Below, in pieces: positions 39,708 through 50,744 of a DNA stretch of 64,000 bases. Position 1 is the first letter of the stretch; each line of letters opens with the position of its first letter. Position numbers and translations under genes: made by a program. The stretch comes from Nostoc sp. (GTDB taxonomy: Bacteria; Cyanobacteriota; Cyanobacteriia; Cyanobacteriales; Nostocaceae), in assembly GCA_036918135.1 (NCBI GenBank), contig JBALDB010000028.1:64001-128000 (forward strand). The letters are read 5' to 3'. The notes below the pieces were generated by a model. The model searched no databases and was not told the DNA's origin. It saw only the letters and a list, made by a program, of their open reading frames with translations.

Positions 39708-40922
39708 TTACCCAAGACAAACTTGTTCATAGCTTTTACCAGCGATATCCCAAGTAAATTCTGTTTCTACTAGTTGTCTGCCATTATGAGACAATTGCGA
39801 TCGCAACTCTCGATTATCGAATAATTTACTAATTGCGGTGACGTACTCCCCAGGTTCATTGGCTCGTAATGCACGTAGTGATTCGTTTATACCGTCTACA
39901 GCTAATCCTTCTAAACCGCGATCGCTTCCGACTATCGGTACACCAGCTGCCATTGCCTCTAGAGTCTTATTTTTAATGCCAAACCCAGTCCGCATAGGTA
40001 CAACGCAGATGGTTGCTTGATGTAAATATTCTACCATTGAAGGTACACGTCCAGTGACATTAATTCCTGGTTTTTTATCAAGTACTAAAACTTCTGGTGC
40101 AGGATGAGAACCGACAATATCGAAAGTTGTATCAGGATAATTTTTTTGGATTTCTGGCAATACTTCCTTGCTGAAAAAGCAGACAGCATCAATATTCGCT
40201 AAATTATCCATTGCACCAATAAAAATTAAACGATGTCCTCCGGGATCGCTGGGACGACAGGGGAAAGAAACTAAATCTACGCCATTAGGGATAACTGTAA
40301 TTTTACTGTTGGGATTAAATTGTTGTATTTGAAGTTTATCTTCTGGAGTTGTGACAACAATTTCCGAGAATTTAGTACAGTAAATTTGTTCATAACGACG
40401 CAAAAGTGGCAGATTAATTTTGTCTCTGATTGCATTTTCTGAAATACCTGTTGCTAGTTGGTTACGACAAGTAGCGTAAACAGAACTATGAACATTAACT
40501 ATGGTTTTTAGCTGTTTCTGGAAATATGGTTGCAGATAAATTTCATTGACGCTATGTTCGCAGGTAATAACATCACATTTTTTTGCTTCTACCCAGTTAT
40601 TAACCCAGGTTTGCATCTCTAGTGAATAGCGATTGAGTACGCTAGGCGGTGTACCTTGTAACAAAAATGTACCAAAGCGCTGCATCTTCTTCAAAATTCC
40701 GGCTGTGGTTGGAGAATCTGGCGGGCGCTCAAAAACTACCAATTGGTCTACGCGTTCGCGTAATCCTACTAATTCTGCGTCAGTAACATCACTTTCGCGT
40801 TGAGTAACAAGAGTCACGTTATGATGTTGGCTCAAGTACTTAAGTAAATTAAATGTCCTGACTTGGGTTCCTCCCCTTGTTGGTGGGTAGGGAAAGGTGG
40901 AAGATAGCATTAAGATATTCAT
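39708..40922 (-). CDS. GT4 family glycosyltransferase
   Basis: PYPPTRGGTQVR, VIPNGVD, GFGIKNKTLEAMAAGVP. Confidence 0.9.
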   Translation of the reverse strand: MNILMLSSTFPYPPTRGGTQVRTFNLLKYLSQHHNVTLVTQRESDVTDAELVGLRERVDQLVVFERPPDSPTTAGILKKMQRFGTFLLQGTPPSVLNRYSLEMQTWVNNWVEAKKCDVITCEHSVNEIYLQPYFQKQLKTIVNVHSSVYATCRNQLATGISENAIRDKINLPLLRRYEQIYCTKFSEIVVTTPEDKLQIQQFNPNSKITVIPNGVDLVSFPCRPSDPGGHRLIFIGAMDNLANIDAVCFFSKEVLPEIQKNYPDTTFDIVGSHPAPEVLVLDKKPGINVTGRVPSMVEYLHQATICVVPMRTGFGIKNKTLEAMAAGVPIVGSDRGLEGLAVDGINESLRALRANEPGEYVTAISKLFDNRELRSQLSHNGRQLVETEFTWDIAGKSYEQVCLG

Positions 40923-41193
40923 ACAAAGAATAAATCAAATGTGATACACACACCATGACCTGATTCATGACTGTATGTCATCATAAGTATCCCTTAATAT
41001 ATTATTTGTAAAATTTTCATAAGTTAAAGCAAACAAAAAGCTAGTTACCCATTGACAGAGCGCAATGGTAAATTTACTGTATAGTTCCACCTCACCTGTT
41101 GTTTTTACAGTCAAGTGTAAGTCAGTATGTAACTGTCATTGACAAAGTACTAGGCAAACAAACTAGTTTATAAGTTAAGTAGGATTCAGCAAA

Positions 41194-42213
41194 ATGAAAT
41201 CATTTGGTATTTATACACTTGCCAATGATGCTGTATATGACCAATTAGTTGCTTTGCTAAACAGCATTGAGGTAAATGTTGGAGAAGATATTCCTGTTTG
41301 TGTGATTCCTTATAATCAGCAATTAGACCTGGTTAAGCAGGAAATAAAATCTAGAAATAATGTCACACTTTTTGAAGATTGGGAAGCAATTCATCGCTGG
41401 GATAATTTTGTTAATCAGCTTTGGGATACTCATCCAAGGGCAAATCAATCTAAATTGAATCGTCCAGGATGGTACAAAGGTTTTGTACACCGAAAATTTG
41501 CTTCTTTTAATGGTGATTTTGATAGATTTGTGTTTTATGATGCTGATAGTTTAGCCATGAAACCAATAGATGATATTTTTAAAAAATTAGATACTTACGA
41601 TTTAATATTTAACGATTGGGAACATGCTAAACCTAGAGAAAAAACACAATTAAATCTTGATGTACTTGAGAAAGTAATGCAGCTAACAGAAGCTGATTTG
41701 CGTTTGAAAATCCATTGCGATAGTTTTTTTGGCTCAAAGCGGTTACTTTTCGGCGGCAAAGATTTAGATATTATCAAAGAAAGATGGATTGAAAAACGTG
41801 AATTTGAATGGATTCGTGAAGGTTCGTGGTGGTCTAGTTCTGGTATATTCGGTTATATAACTTTATACGGCGATCCGCGAATATTTAACTTTACCCTCAG
41901 TCCAAATGCTGAAGATAGAACGGGTAACTGTGCTAATGCAGATCCATTTGCGAATATCAATAATGTTCTTTACAATCAAGATGGCTTAAAACCAATTCAT
42001 CGCATTCATTATATGAGCTATTCTTCTATTGATTTTGTCCGTTTATGTCAAGGAGAAGATGTGAGTATTAATTATAGAGATGAGTTTTTATATTATCGAT
42101 TTCTCAAAGAGCCAGAACAAAAACCAAAAAAGTTGAAAGTTCCTACTGTGATGTCGCAAATGAATCGTTTTCTCAAAAAATCTGGTAAGAAACTTAAAAG
42201 AATTATCTCTTAA
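41194..42213 (+). CDS. Npun_R2821/R2822-like GT-A sugar transferase
   Basis: GIYTLANDAVYDQLVALLNSIE, FVFYDAD (DxD), IHYM. Confidence 0.75.
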   Translation: MKSFGIYTLANDAVYDQLVALLNSIEVNVGEDIPVCVIPYNQQLDLVKQEIKSRNNVTLFEDWEAIHRWDNFVNQLWDTHPRANQSKLNRPGWYKGFVHRKFASFNGDFDRFVFYDADSLAMKPIDDIFKKLDTYDLIFNDWEHAKPREKTQLNLDVLEKVMQLTEADLRLKIHCDSFFGSKRLLFGGKDLDIIKERWIEKREFEWIREGSWWSSSGIFGYITLYGDPRIFNFTLSPNAEDRTGNCANADPFANINNVLYNQDGLKPIHRIHYMSYSSIDFVRLCQGEDVSINYRDEFLYYRFLKEPEQKPKKLKVPTVMSQMNRFLKKSGKKLKRIIS

Positions 42214-42263
42214 AAAAGAATTCAGAAATTTAGAGGATAAACGTACTGTCAGATTATCAAAAT

Positions 42264-44267
42264 TTAACTCAAAACAACGCGATCGCGTCCTTGTCTTTTT
42301 GCTTGATATAGTGCTTGTTCAGCAGCATTAACTAAAGTAGCAGGTTCAGTTTCAACTTCAGGAATAATACTAGCTACGCCTAAACTAACAGTTAAAACAG
42401 CAGCAGGCAAACCGCCAATGTTAGGATACTCACACTTAATCGCCAAAGCTTTTACTTGCTCTCGAATATATTCGGCAAGGTTCATTATCACAGCAATATC
42501 TACTTTCGCAAGAATGGCAAATTCTTCCCCACCATAACGAGCCACTAACACCTCGCTGTTTTCATTTTTTAAATCTGCTTTGGAGAAAGTTGCAAAATAA
42601 TTAGTAGCAGGATAAGCCATTCTCTGATTGGAATATGAAAAACTACTATTATCTAACGAGCATTTTATGCAGTTACAGATAGTATTAGCGATTTCTCGTA
42701 AACACCGATCTCCTGCGGCATTGCCGTAAGTTTTATTATAAATTTTGAAATAGTCGATATCGCACAAAATTAGTGATATGGGAGTGTGTTGAAGAATAGA
42801 ACTTTGCCACTCAATTTGCAGATAGGTTTGAAAGTAGCGGCGATTCACTAATTGAGTTAGTTCATCCAAGCTAGAGAGGAGGAGCAATTGTTGATTTTCT
42901 TGTTTTAACTGGTTAACATGATTGTTGTTGAATTCCTCATTTATTTTTAGATATTCTCGAAAATATAAACGATATAATTTACATGTGGGAGTAGAGCGAT
43001 CGCCTTCTAAGTTAATTAGCCCCATACCCTGTAATTTATATGCCAATATCGGTTCTAATTTCACATAATTATTAGTATTAATTACTTGATAAAAAGCATT
43101 TGCTAATTCTGGTTCATCTCGGAGGAGTAATATATATTGCCTTAAATACTCGTGGTAAATTCCTAATTCTGTAGGTGCTTGTTGCAATAGCTGTTCTAAA
43201 TTTCCTTGTAATCCTCCTTTACCTATAAGATGATATAAAGCCAATCGCACCAAATAAGGATGTCCTCCCACAACTGCCATTAAACTATCAGCATCTTTAC
43301 CATCTGTCCAATCCAAACCGTGACGTTGTGCTAAATCTTGGACTTGTTCTTTTGTAAACAAAGGCAATTTAATCGGCAAACCAATATTAAATAGTGATTG
43401 ACTCAGTTTTATGGGAACAATAATTTCCGTTGAGTAAACTAGAACCAGGCGCAGTTTTTGCCAAATTTCTACTGCTTTAGCTTGTTCGTGCCACAAGCGC
43501 ACTAATGCTAACAATTCTCCAGCAATTTCCTGATACTCAAATACCCAATTTGCTTCATTTAAAACTAAAATAAGGGGAGTTTCCAACGCCGACAGCAAAT
43601 ACTTTTGAAAATAGATAGAGCAGCTGACTTTGCTACCCATATTTTCATCCCAATAATCATTGAGTTTTGGTTCTAGCTGTAATTCACGACTGACATTGGC
43701 ACAAAACCAGCGCAAAAATTTATCTGAACTGGCAAATACTGGTTTGTCTGCTTGCAGAAAGTCCAAACTCACGGTGCGAAAGCCTTGCTTTTTGGCGCGT
43801 GCAAGCAACCGCAGAACCAGAGAGCTTTTGCCCATTTTCTTGGGTGCTTTGATGCAGATGACACTCCCTGGTTGAGCCATTTCTGCATAAGCAACTTCCT
43901 CTATTGGCGGACGAGAAATGTAAAATCTGGAATTTAGGGATACCGGGCCATTAGGAAATTCTAAGGATATGGCTGTGGCAGCTCGGTTAAATTCCCTAAG
44001 TAACTGCTGATGTGTTTTGTTAAGACGATGATTTTCTAGAGTCTGGCGGAAGTTGGACTCATTTATCGGTTCTTTGTAAAAATGACTCAGTATTTGCCAT
44101 AAATCAGCAGCAACTTTCCTGACGCGATCCTCGGCGTAGTCTGCTTCAATTGCGATATTAGTGTAAGTTTTTCCTTCCCAAGAAGAACGCAATACAATCT
44201 CTTGGAGTGTTGTTAAACCGATTGCTTGACTGGCTTTTAATAGCAGTGCTACTTCATCTATAGTCAT
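42264..44267 (-). CDS. HTH + AAA-like (AAA_35) + GGDEF diguanylate cyclase
   Basis: N-terminal SWEGKTY..IA HTH; APKKMGKSS P-loop; GGHPYLVR; DIDYFK...ARYGGEEF...ALYQAKRQGRDRV. Confidence 0.85.
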   Translation of the reverse strand: MTIDEVALLLKASQAIGLTTLQEIVLRSSWEGKTYTNIAIEADYAEDRVRKVAADLWQILSHFYKEPINESNFRQTLENHRLNKTHQQLLREFNRAATAISLEFPNGPVSLNSRFYISRPPIEEVAYAEMAQPGSVICIKAPKKMGKSSLVLRLLARAKKQGFRTVSLDFLQADKPVFASSDKFLRWFCANVSRELQLEPKLNDYWDENMGSKVSCSIYFQKYLLSALETPLILVLNEANWVFEYQEIAGELLALVRLWHEQAKAVEIWQKLRLVLVYSTEIIVPIKLSQSLFNIGLPIKLPLFTKEQVQDLAQRHGLDWTDGKDADSLMAVVGGHPYLVRLALYHLIGKGGLQGNLEQLLQQAPTELGIYHEYLRQYILLLRDEPELANAFYQVINTNNYVKLEPILAYKLQGMGLINLEGDRSTPTCKLYRLYFREYLKINEEFNNNHVNQLKQENQQLLLLSSLDELTQLVNRRYFQTYLQIEWQSSILQHTPISLILCDIDYFKIYNKTYGNAAGDRCLREIANTICNCIKCSLDNSSFSYSNQRMAYPATNYFATFSKADLKNENSEVLVARYGGEEFAILAKVDIAVIMNLAEYIREQVKALAIKCEYPNIGGLPAAVLTVSLGVASIIPEVETEPATLVNAAEQALYQAKRQGRDRVVLS

Positions 44268-44769
44268 TATTCATTGACTCTAATTGAGCATGAAATTTTA
44301 TTACACCATTATTCTTGCAACTGAATGTAGCCTGTTGCGTGTAGGGAACAGCCAGCCCTTTTCACAAATGGTACAAAAAAGTCTAGAATAATTTTTTTAT
44401 ATCCTCAGATATTTGACGTGATTTAATCATAAAATTTTTTCCAAATTTTTCCAAGTTTTTCGCTAGTTTTATATGATTCGATCTACTTTTTTAGACATAT
44501 TTTAGAATGTAGATGCAGATAATTTAGCTATTTTTTTCTCAAAAATAGTCAAGGCGATCGCCACGAAGGTGACATTTGTCCGTTTAGTTTTTGCTAAATT
44601 CCATCCAATTTGATGATATTGGCTGATAATCTGAGATCTAAGTTACAGTCTAATCAACTAAGTTGACGATTCATTAACAAAACCGTACTGTCCACAACAG
44701 GATGGTCAGGGTGCTAAGACAGCGTAGAGACAAGAAGCACAGGATATCTTCCTCATCGTACCAGTAACT

Positions 44770-45230
44770 ATGCATATCAAAGAACCCACTATCAATTCAC
44801 TCTCAACTCAACTTTCAGTACAAGATTCCCAAATTCTAGAACCAGCGCCGCTGCACAAACAACAAAAAAACTTACCTCAAGAGAATTCAAATACTTGGCA
44901 ATGTTCCCTAGCAGCCGTAGAGATGGCCTTAATAGCCAGTGGCTTGGGGTTGTGGGATTGGAATCTGGTAACAGATAAAACTTATTACGATCCCCAGTGG
45001 AAACGCATTCTGGGGTATGAACTAGACGAAATCGCTCACGAGTTGAAATCTTTTGAGCAACTCGTACATCCCCAGGATTTACCGATAATTCGCCAGGTAT
45101 TGCAGAATTATCTTCAAGAATACAGACCTGTTTTTGAAGTCGAATTACGAATGTTAACTAAATCTGGCGAGTGGAAGTGGATTTTGACTTGTGGCAAAGT
45201 ATTTCAGTGGGATGAATTTGGTAGGCCATT
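44770..45230 (+). pseudogene. Truncated PAS/PAC sensor gene fragment
   Basis: GLGLWDWNL...VHPQDL...ELRMLTKSGEWKWILTCGK...DEFGRP, then similarity stops before the last PAC strand. Confidence 0.7.
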
Positions 45231-45292
45231 CATTCCCAAAAATATTTCAGTTTTGCTTATATGTATGCCGTCACTGCAACTGATTAAAATCT

Positions 45293-45892
45293 ATGAATTC
45301 AACTGTTTCGTCTCAAACTCCGAAGTTGCCCACCCAAGCAATAGGAGCCAAAATATTTCATTGGTGTAACCTCATTAGCCTGTTTATTATGCTTACTAGT
45401 GGATTACAAATTTACAATGCCAACCCTGTTTTTGGTGGACGTGCAGGCTTGCACATTCTACCAATATTTACCTTGGGAGGTTGGCTTGCAGGAGGTAGAC
45501 ATTGGCATTTTGCTGCAATGTGGTTATTTTCCTTGAATCTCTTGTGGTATGGAATTTACGTTTTAATTACTAGGCGCTGGCGACATCGGTTTGTAGGAGC
45601 TAATGACCTCAAAGCATTACAAAAAACTCAAAATTCTAAGCGCCTCATTTATGCTTGGCATCGGATTGTCTATACAGCAATTATTCCTATCTTATTGCTG
45701 GCATTATTTACAGGAATAGGAATGTATAAACCTGCTCAATTTCATTGGATAGTGGATTTATTTGGCAGTTGGCAAGCATTGCGAATTATTCACTTTGCCT
45801 CAGTACCAATAGTTATCTTATTTGCAGTAATTCACTCTTTATTAGGGCGTCAAGCAGGAGGTTCTCAACTAACAGAATCAATGTTTTGGTAA
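45293..45892 (+). CDS. Cytochrome b/b6-domain (thiosulfate reductase cyt b-like) membrane protein
   Basis: FHW.N...TSGLQIYNA, GRHWHFAAMW, RIIHF...IH heme ligands. Confidence 0.85.
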   Translation: MNSTVSSQTPKLPTQAIGAKIFHWCNLISLFIMLTSGLQIYNANPVFGGRAGLHILPIFTLGGWLAGGRHWHFAAMWLFSLNLLWYGIYVLITRRWRHRFVGANDLKALQKTQNSKRLIYAWHRIVYTAIIPILLLALFTGIGMYKPAQFHWIVDLFGSWQALRIIHFASVPIVILFAVIHSLLGRQAGGSQLTESMFW

Positions 45893-45957
45893 ACGAACAA
45901 AAGATGAGTAAGGAGGGTAGAAAGATTATAAAATAATACGCTTAGCTTAAGAAAAAA

Positions 45958-46090
45958 GTAGGTTGGATTGAGCAAAGCGAAACCCAACAAATCCAAAAAT
46001 GTTAGGTTACCCTATGGGATCGTTGTTACGTTCCTCAAACGCCACTTAAGGAGCCGGGAAACCTGTCCAACGTAGGGGCTCCCCAACCTA
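45958..46090. repeat. REP-like inverted element with nested insertions
   Basis: GTAGGTTGG...AAACCCAAC at left; ...CCCAACCTAC at right. Confidence 0.6.
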
Positions 46091-46195
46091 CAGTTACTAT
46101 TTTTATGTCAAAATATTAAATTTAATGGAAGATTTGATAAATCCAAAGGAGTGTACGCTACCTAGATGGGAATGCGTTAACAAAGGACTAAATCA

Positions 46196-47080
46196 ATGGG
46201 ATATGTAATTGCAACTGCAAATATGAAAGGTGGCGTTGGTAAAACCACCCTTACTGTCAACTTAGCTACCTGTTTAGCTAAAAATCATGGCAAGCGCGTA
46301 CTTGTGCTTGATTTAGACAGCCAAATTAGCGCCACACTGAGTTTGATGTCACCTTTAGATTTTGCTAAGCGTCGTAAACAAAGTAAGACATTTAGATATC
46401 TCATAGACGAGGTTATCAACCCAGAACCACAAGCAAAGCTGACAATTCAAGATATCATTCAATCCCAGGTTTGTAATCTTCCTGGACTGGATTTATTACC
46501 GGGAGATATCGATCTATATGATGAATTTGTTGTTTCAGAAATGCTGCATCAACAAGCAACTGCTTTAGGAGAACAAGACTTTGAAACGATTTGGAATCGC
46601 TTTGAAAGAGTTTTGATAAACAATATTTTAAAAGCTGTGCGCCAAGAATATGATTTTATTCTTCTCGATTGTGCCCCTGGTTATAATCTATTGACTCGTA
46701 GCGCTTTAGCTGCCAGTGATTTCTATATACTTCCAGCTAAACCAGAACCCTTATCTGTAGTCGGTATTCAACTACTAGAAAGACGGATTGCCCAATTAAA
46801 AGATAGCCACGGACATGAAACCAAGATAGATATAAAAATGCTAGGAATTGTCTTCAGCATGTCTAGTGCTAACCTTTTAACTGGTAGATACTATAAACAA
46901 GTGATGCATCGGGTTGTTGAAGATTTCGGCGTTGAAAAAATTTGTAAGGTACAAATACCAGTTGATGTCAATGTTGCCAAGGCTGTTGATAGTTTTATAC
47001 CAGCTGTTTTAAATGCTCCTCAATCACCTGGTTCAAAAGCATTTTTTCAGTTAACTCAGGAGTTGTTGCAAAAACTATAG
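46196..47080 (+). CDS. ParA/Soj family ATPase (orphan)
   Basis: NMKGGVGKTT, DLDSQ, LLDCAPG. Confidence 0.9.
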   Translation: MGYVIATANMKGGVGKTTLTVNLATCLAKNHGKRVLVLDLDSQISATLSLMSPLDFAKRRKQSKTFRYLIDEVINPEPQAKLTIQDIIQSQVCNLPGLDLLPGDIDLYDEFVVSEMLHQQATALGEQDFETIWNRFERVLINNILKAVRQEYDFILLDCAPGYNLLTRSALAASDFYILPAKPEPLSVVGIQLLERRIAQLKDSHGHETKIDIKMLGIVFSMSSANLLTGRYYKQVMHRVVEDFGVEKICKVQIPVDVNVAKAVDSFIPAVLNAPQSPGSKAFFQLTQELLQKL

Positions 47081-47281
47081 TCTTACTTAATCATTCATAA
47101 GCAATAAGATTCTCTACTTCTTTAAGAAGTAGGGAATTTCACTATGTAGATTATTATATACAATAATACAACGTGGTAATAATTAAGCCACTCTTTTCAT
47201 AAGTTCAGTAGTTATACTGAAGCTTTCAGCAAGAAGATTCAGTTATTGAGTGAAAAGGCCAGTAAATCTAGCTAAGAAACA

Positions 47282-50200
47282 ATGATTAGTAATGATTCTG
47301 TACACGCACAGAAAAATCAGCCCTTGGGAATGCGGCTACCACGTACTTTGAGTTATCTGGAAACTTGGGGCTTTGGGTTGACAGGTCATGTTGGATGGAT
47401 TGGTACCGCTCCGATTATTCATGCAGCATTAGGGTCTAAAGCTATCTTAGTTTGGTTGTTTGGCACCATCATCTCCTTTTTACTTAATTTGCAGGTACAA
47501 AATCTAGGTAGACATTGGCCAGATGTCGCAGGAGGAACACCGAACTATACTACAAGGTTATTAAAGAACTTTCCTGGTTTAGGTCGTTACGTAGCCTTAG
47601 GCTACTTTTTTAGCTGGGCGGCAGCACCAGCGCTGTATGCAATTATTTTGACAAACCTGATTAAAGTCAACTTTCAAACATTAGATATTGTTTGTCCAGA
47701 AACTTTTCTAAAAGTTGTATTTACAACAATTCCTTTTATTGTGGCGTTCAGCGGTACTCGTGCTTTAGCCCTGCTGCACTTATTTTTTGTGTTCCCAGCA
47801 ATTTTATTACTGTTTTTATTTTGCATTCAAGGCGTACTATGGTTAACCTTTTCAAGCACTAGTTTTAACTTACCCCCAATTAGTATACATAGCTTGAGCT
47901 TTGAAGAATGGGCAAAGTGGTTTTTCTTGGCTAGCTATTCAATTTATGCTTGTGAAACTACTTCTTCTTTTGTTGCTGATAGCCACAACCCAGAAAAAAC
48001 TTTGAAGTTCTTATCTGTGGCTGCTTGGTTAATTCCTCCGGTATTTCTAGGTAGTTCTTGGATATTAACGTGTTCGGCTCCAAATCCAACAATAGGCGAC
48101 GATGTATTCTTAAATTTGCTAGCAGCTTCTATGCCTTTTTGGGGTAAATACGCCTCATTTTTAGTGACACTTCTAATTACTGTATCCTGTCTTTTAAGTT
48201 CTGCTACGGCAGTTTCTAATTCTCCTCGGATATTATACCAACTTGCTTTAGACGGACAGCTTTCTGAGATATTTGCAGTAGTTTCCCGTCAAGGTGTTCT
48301 TGGGCCTGCTATTTTAGTTGCCTTCATTCTTAGTCTGTTTTGTTTAAATTTAGGAAATGTATCTCAACTGGTGACGGTAGCAGGTACTTGTTATCTGTTG
48401 TCGATTATGGGACTACATTTAGGATTATGGTTGTGTCGAGGTCAACCTGAGGTGTTATGGCCTTGGTACTCACTTGGTTTTTTCTTTGTAGAAGCGATAG
48501 TTCTGATAATTGGAGGTTTAGCTTGGAATTGGAGAGATTTTTTAGTGGGATTATTGTTACCCATTGTTTTGATGCTAGCAGATCTAGTGCTACGTCACTT
48601 AAGATTTGCACCATTACATCCAAGATGGTGGACTGAGCGTTACGATGCAAAGTCTAGTAGAAACAACCCAGATTTTGTTGTTCTACAAGTGATTGTCTTA
48701 GTATCATTAATTTGTATTACCGCTACAAGTAGTTGGTTTATCCGCGATTTATTAGGCAAAGTTACTAATAATACTCCTAACTCTTTATTAGCTATTTTAT
48801 TGGTAATACTTTCTTTTACAGGAGTAGCGATCGCCTGTTGGACAACTCTACCACAAATTGTTGCTATTGATGAGGCACGCAAACAAGCAAAAAACCTATT
48901 TATCACTACTCTTGATACGGTTCCAGATACTGTTTTAGTCTTAGATGAAGACGGGATGATTTGTCAAACCAATGCAGCTGCTGAAGAATTATTTGAATTA
49001 AGTATTCAGCAGTTACTTGGGCAAAACTTGAATCAACTGTTAATGTATTATCAGGGTAAACCAGAGGAATGGTCTATTAGAAGCGAGCAAACTTTAAAAA
49101 TTAATCAAGGTCTACGAATTGTTGAATCCACTGTTTCACGCCCATTTAATCCTCAACTACGAGAGTATGTTGTCATTGTACGTGACATCACTCAACGTAA
49201 GTTAGCAGAGGAAGAATTAGTCCAGTATCGTTGTCAGCTTGAGCAACTAGTGTTAGAACGCACCATTGAACTTATTCGAGTTAATCAACAACTCCAACAA
49301 GATATTATAAAGCGTCAAAATGCCCAAGAAGAATTACTACACAATAGTCTTCACGATGTGCTAACTGGGTTACCCAATCAATCTTTATTTATCCAGCGAG
49401 TGCAGCACTCAATAGAACGTACTAAACAGGACAATAATTATCTATTTGCTGTTCTTTTCTTAGATGTAGACCGTTTTAAGGTCGTTAATGATAGCCTCGG
49501 ACATCTACTAGGAAATCAACTTTTGATTGCAATTTCTCATCGCCTCAAGTCAGTTGTCCGAGCCGGAGATGTAGTTGCTCGTTTTGGGGGAGATGAGTTC
49601 ACAATTTTAATTGAGGAAATTGATGATATTAACACCGCCATACAAATAGCTGAACGCATTAAAAAGGTGCTAGCTTTGCCATTTCAATTGAACGAGCATC
49701 GAGTATTTGCTAATGCTAGTATTGGCATTGCTTTTAGTAAAGTAGATTATCAGCAAGCAGCACAGATAATCCGTGATGCTGATGTGGCAATGTACTCTGC
49801 CAAAGCACTTGGTAAGGCACGTTATCAGGTGTTCGATCAAAAGATGCATGAAAGTGCATCTTTACTCTTAGAATTAGAAACTGCTCTGCGACATGCACTC
49901 TTACTCAAGCAAGAAGAATTTCGCCTTTACTACCAACCAATTATTTCACTATTAACTGGTAAAATTATTGGATTTGAAGCATTGATCCGCTGGCATCATC
50001 CAGAACGAGGAATTGTTTCCCCTCAAGATTTTATCCCCTTGGCGGAAGAGACTGGAATGATTGTTAGTATTGGGCAATGGGTACTTTATCAAGCCTGCCA
50101 CCAAATGCACATCTGGCATCAACAATTTCCTAGTTCGCTCAATTTAACAATTAGCGTCAATTTTTCTGGTAAACAGATTAGCCAACCCGATATCTTTAAA

Positions 50201-50668
50201 CAAGTTAAACTGATTTTGCAGCAAACTGGACTGAAGCCATGCAGTTTGAAATTAGAGATTACTGAAAGCTTGTTGATGGATAATTTTGAATTAGCTACTA
50301 CTGTGCTTTCCCAGTTAACTGCCCTGAATATCGAGTTACATATGGATGATTTTGGTACAGGCTATTCATCTTTGAATTATTTGCATCGCCTACCAATCAA
50401 AACCATTAAGATTGACCGCTCTTTTGTCAACAATATAGGTAGTCGAGGAGAAAATTTAGAAATTGTTCGAGCGATAGTTACATTAGCTCATAATTTGAAT
50501 ATGTCTGTAACAGCAGAAGGAATAGAAACTGTAGAGCAATTAGCACAACTAAAGGCATTACAGTGTGATTATGGACAAGGATATTTTTTCTTACCGCCTC
50601 TAGAAAGTGCAGAAGTAGAAACATTACTGGCTGCTAACTTTTGTTGCAAAGACTTCTTCAGTAACTAA
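47282..50668 (+). CDS. APC amino-acid-permease + PAS + GGDEF + EAL fusion
   Basis: ~14 TM N-terminus (ETWGFGL, WPDVAGG, SNSPRILYQLA.DG.L); [28 protein letters not shown]. Confidence 0.88.
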   Translation: MISNDSVHAQKNQPLGMRLPRTLSYLETWGFGLTGHVGWIGTAPIIHAALGSKAILVWLFGTIISFLLNLQVQNLGRHWPDVAGGTPNYTTRLLKNFPGLGRYVALGYFFSWAAAPALYAIILTNLIKVNFQTLDIVCPETFLKVVFTTIPFIVAFSGTRALALLHLFFVFPAILLLFLFCIQGVLWLTFSSTSFNLPPISIHSLSFEEWAKWFFLASYSIYACETTSSFVADSHNPEKTLKFLSVAAWLIPPVFLGSSWILTCSAPNPTIGDDVFLNLLAASMPFWGKYASFLVTLLITVSCLLSSATAVSNSPRILYQLALDGQLSEIFAVVSRQGVLGPAILVAFILSLFCLNLGNVSQLVTVAGTCYLLSIMGLHLGLWLCRGQPEVLWPWYSLGFFFVEAIVLIIGGLAWNWRDFLVGLLLPIVLMLADLVLRHLRFAPLHPRWWTERYDAKSSRNNPDFVVLQVIVLVSLICITATSSWFIRDLLGKVTNNTPNSLLAILLVILSFTGVAIACWTTLPQIVAIDEARKQAKNLFITTLDTVPDTVLVLDEDGMICQTNAAAEELFELSIQQLLGQNLNQLLMYYQGKPEEWSIRSEQTLKINQGLRIVESTVSRPFNPQLREYVVIVRDITQRKLAEEELVQYRCQLEQLVLERTIELIRVNQQLQQDIIKRQNAQEELLHNSLHDVLTGLPNQSLFIQRVQHSIERTKQDNNYLFAVLFLDVDRFKVVNDSLGHLLGNQLLIAISHRLKSVVRAGDVVARFGGDEFTILIEEIDDINTAIQIAERIKKVLALPFQLNEHRVFANASIGIAFSKVDYQQAAQIIRDADVAMYSAKALGKARYQVFDQKMHESASLLLELETALRHALLLKQEEFRLYYQPIISLLTGKIIGFEALIRWHHPERGIVSPQDFIPLAEETGMIVSIGQWVLYQACHQMHIWHQQFPSSLNLTISVNFSGKQISQPDIFKQVKLILQQTGLKPCSLKLEITESLLMDNFELATTVLSQLTALNIELHMDDFGTGYSSLNYLHRLPIKTIKIDRSFVNNIGSRGENLEIVRAIVTLAHNLNMSVTAEGIETVEQLAQLKALQCDYGQGYFFLPPLESAEVETLLAANFCCKDFFSN

Positions 50669-50744
50669 ATTGTTACTTTTCATTAGTTATTGGTTATTTT
50701 TAATTTATATTTAAAAATAACAAAGGACTAATGACTATTGACAA

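Noticed and set aside
46196..47080. Plasmid or prophage partition locus
   Set aside because: No parB, parS or rep nearby; the context is chromosomal
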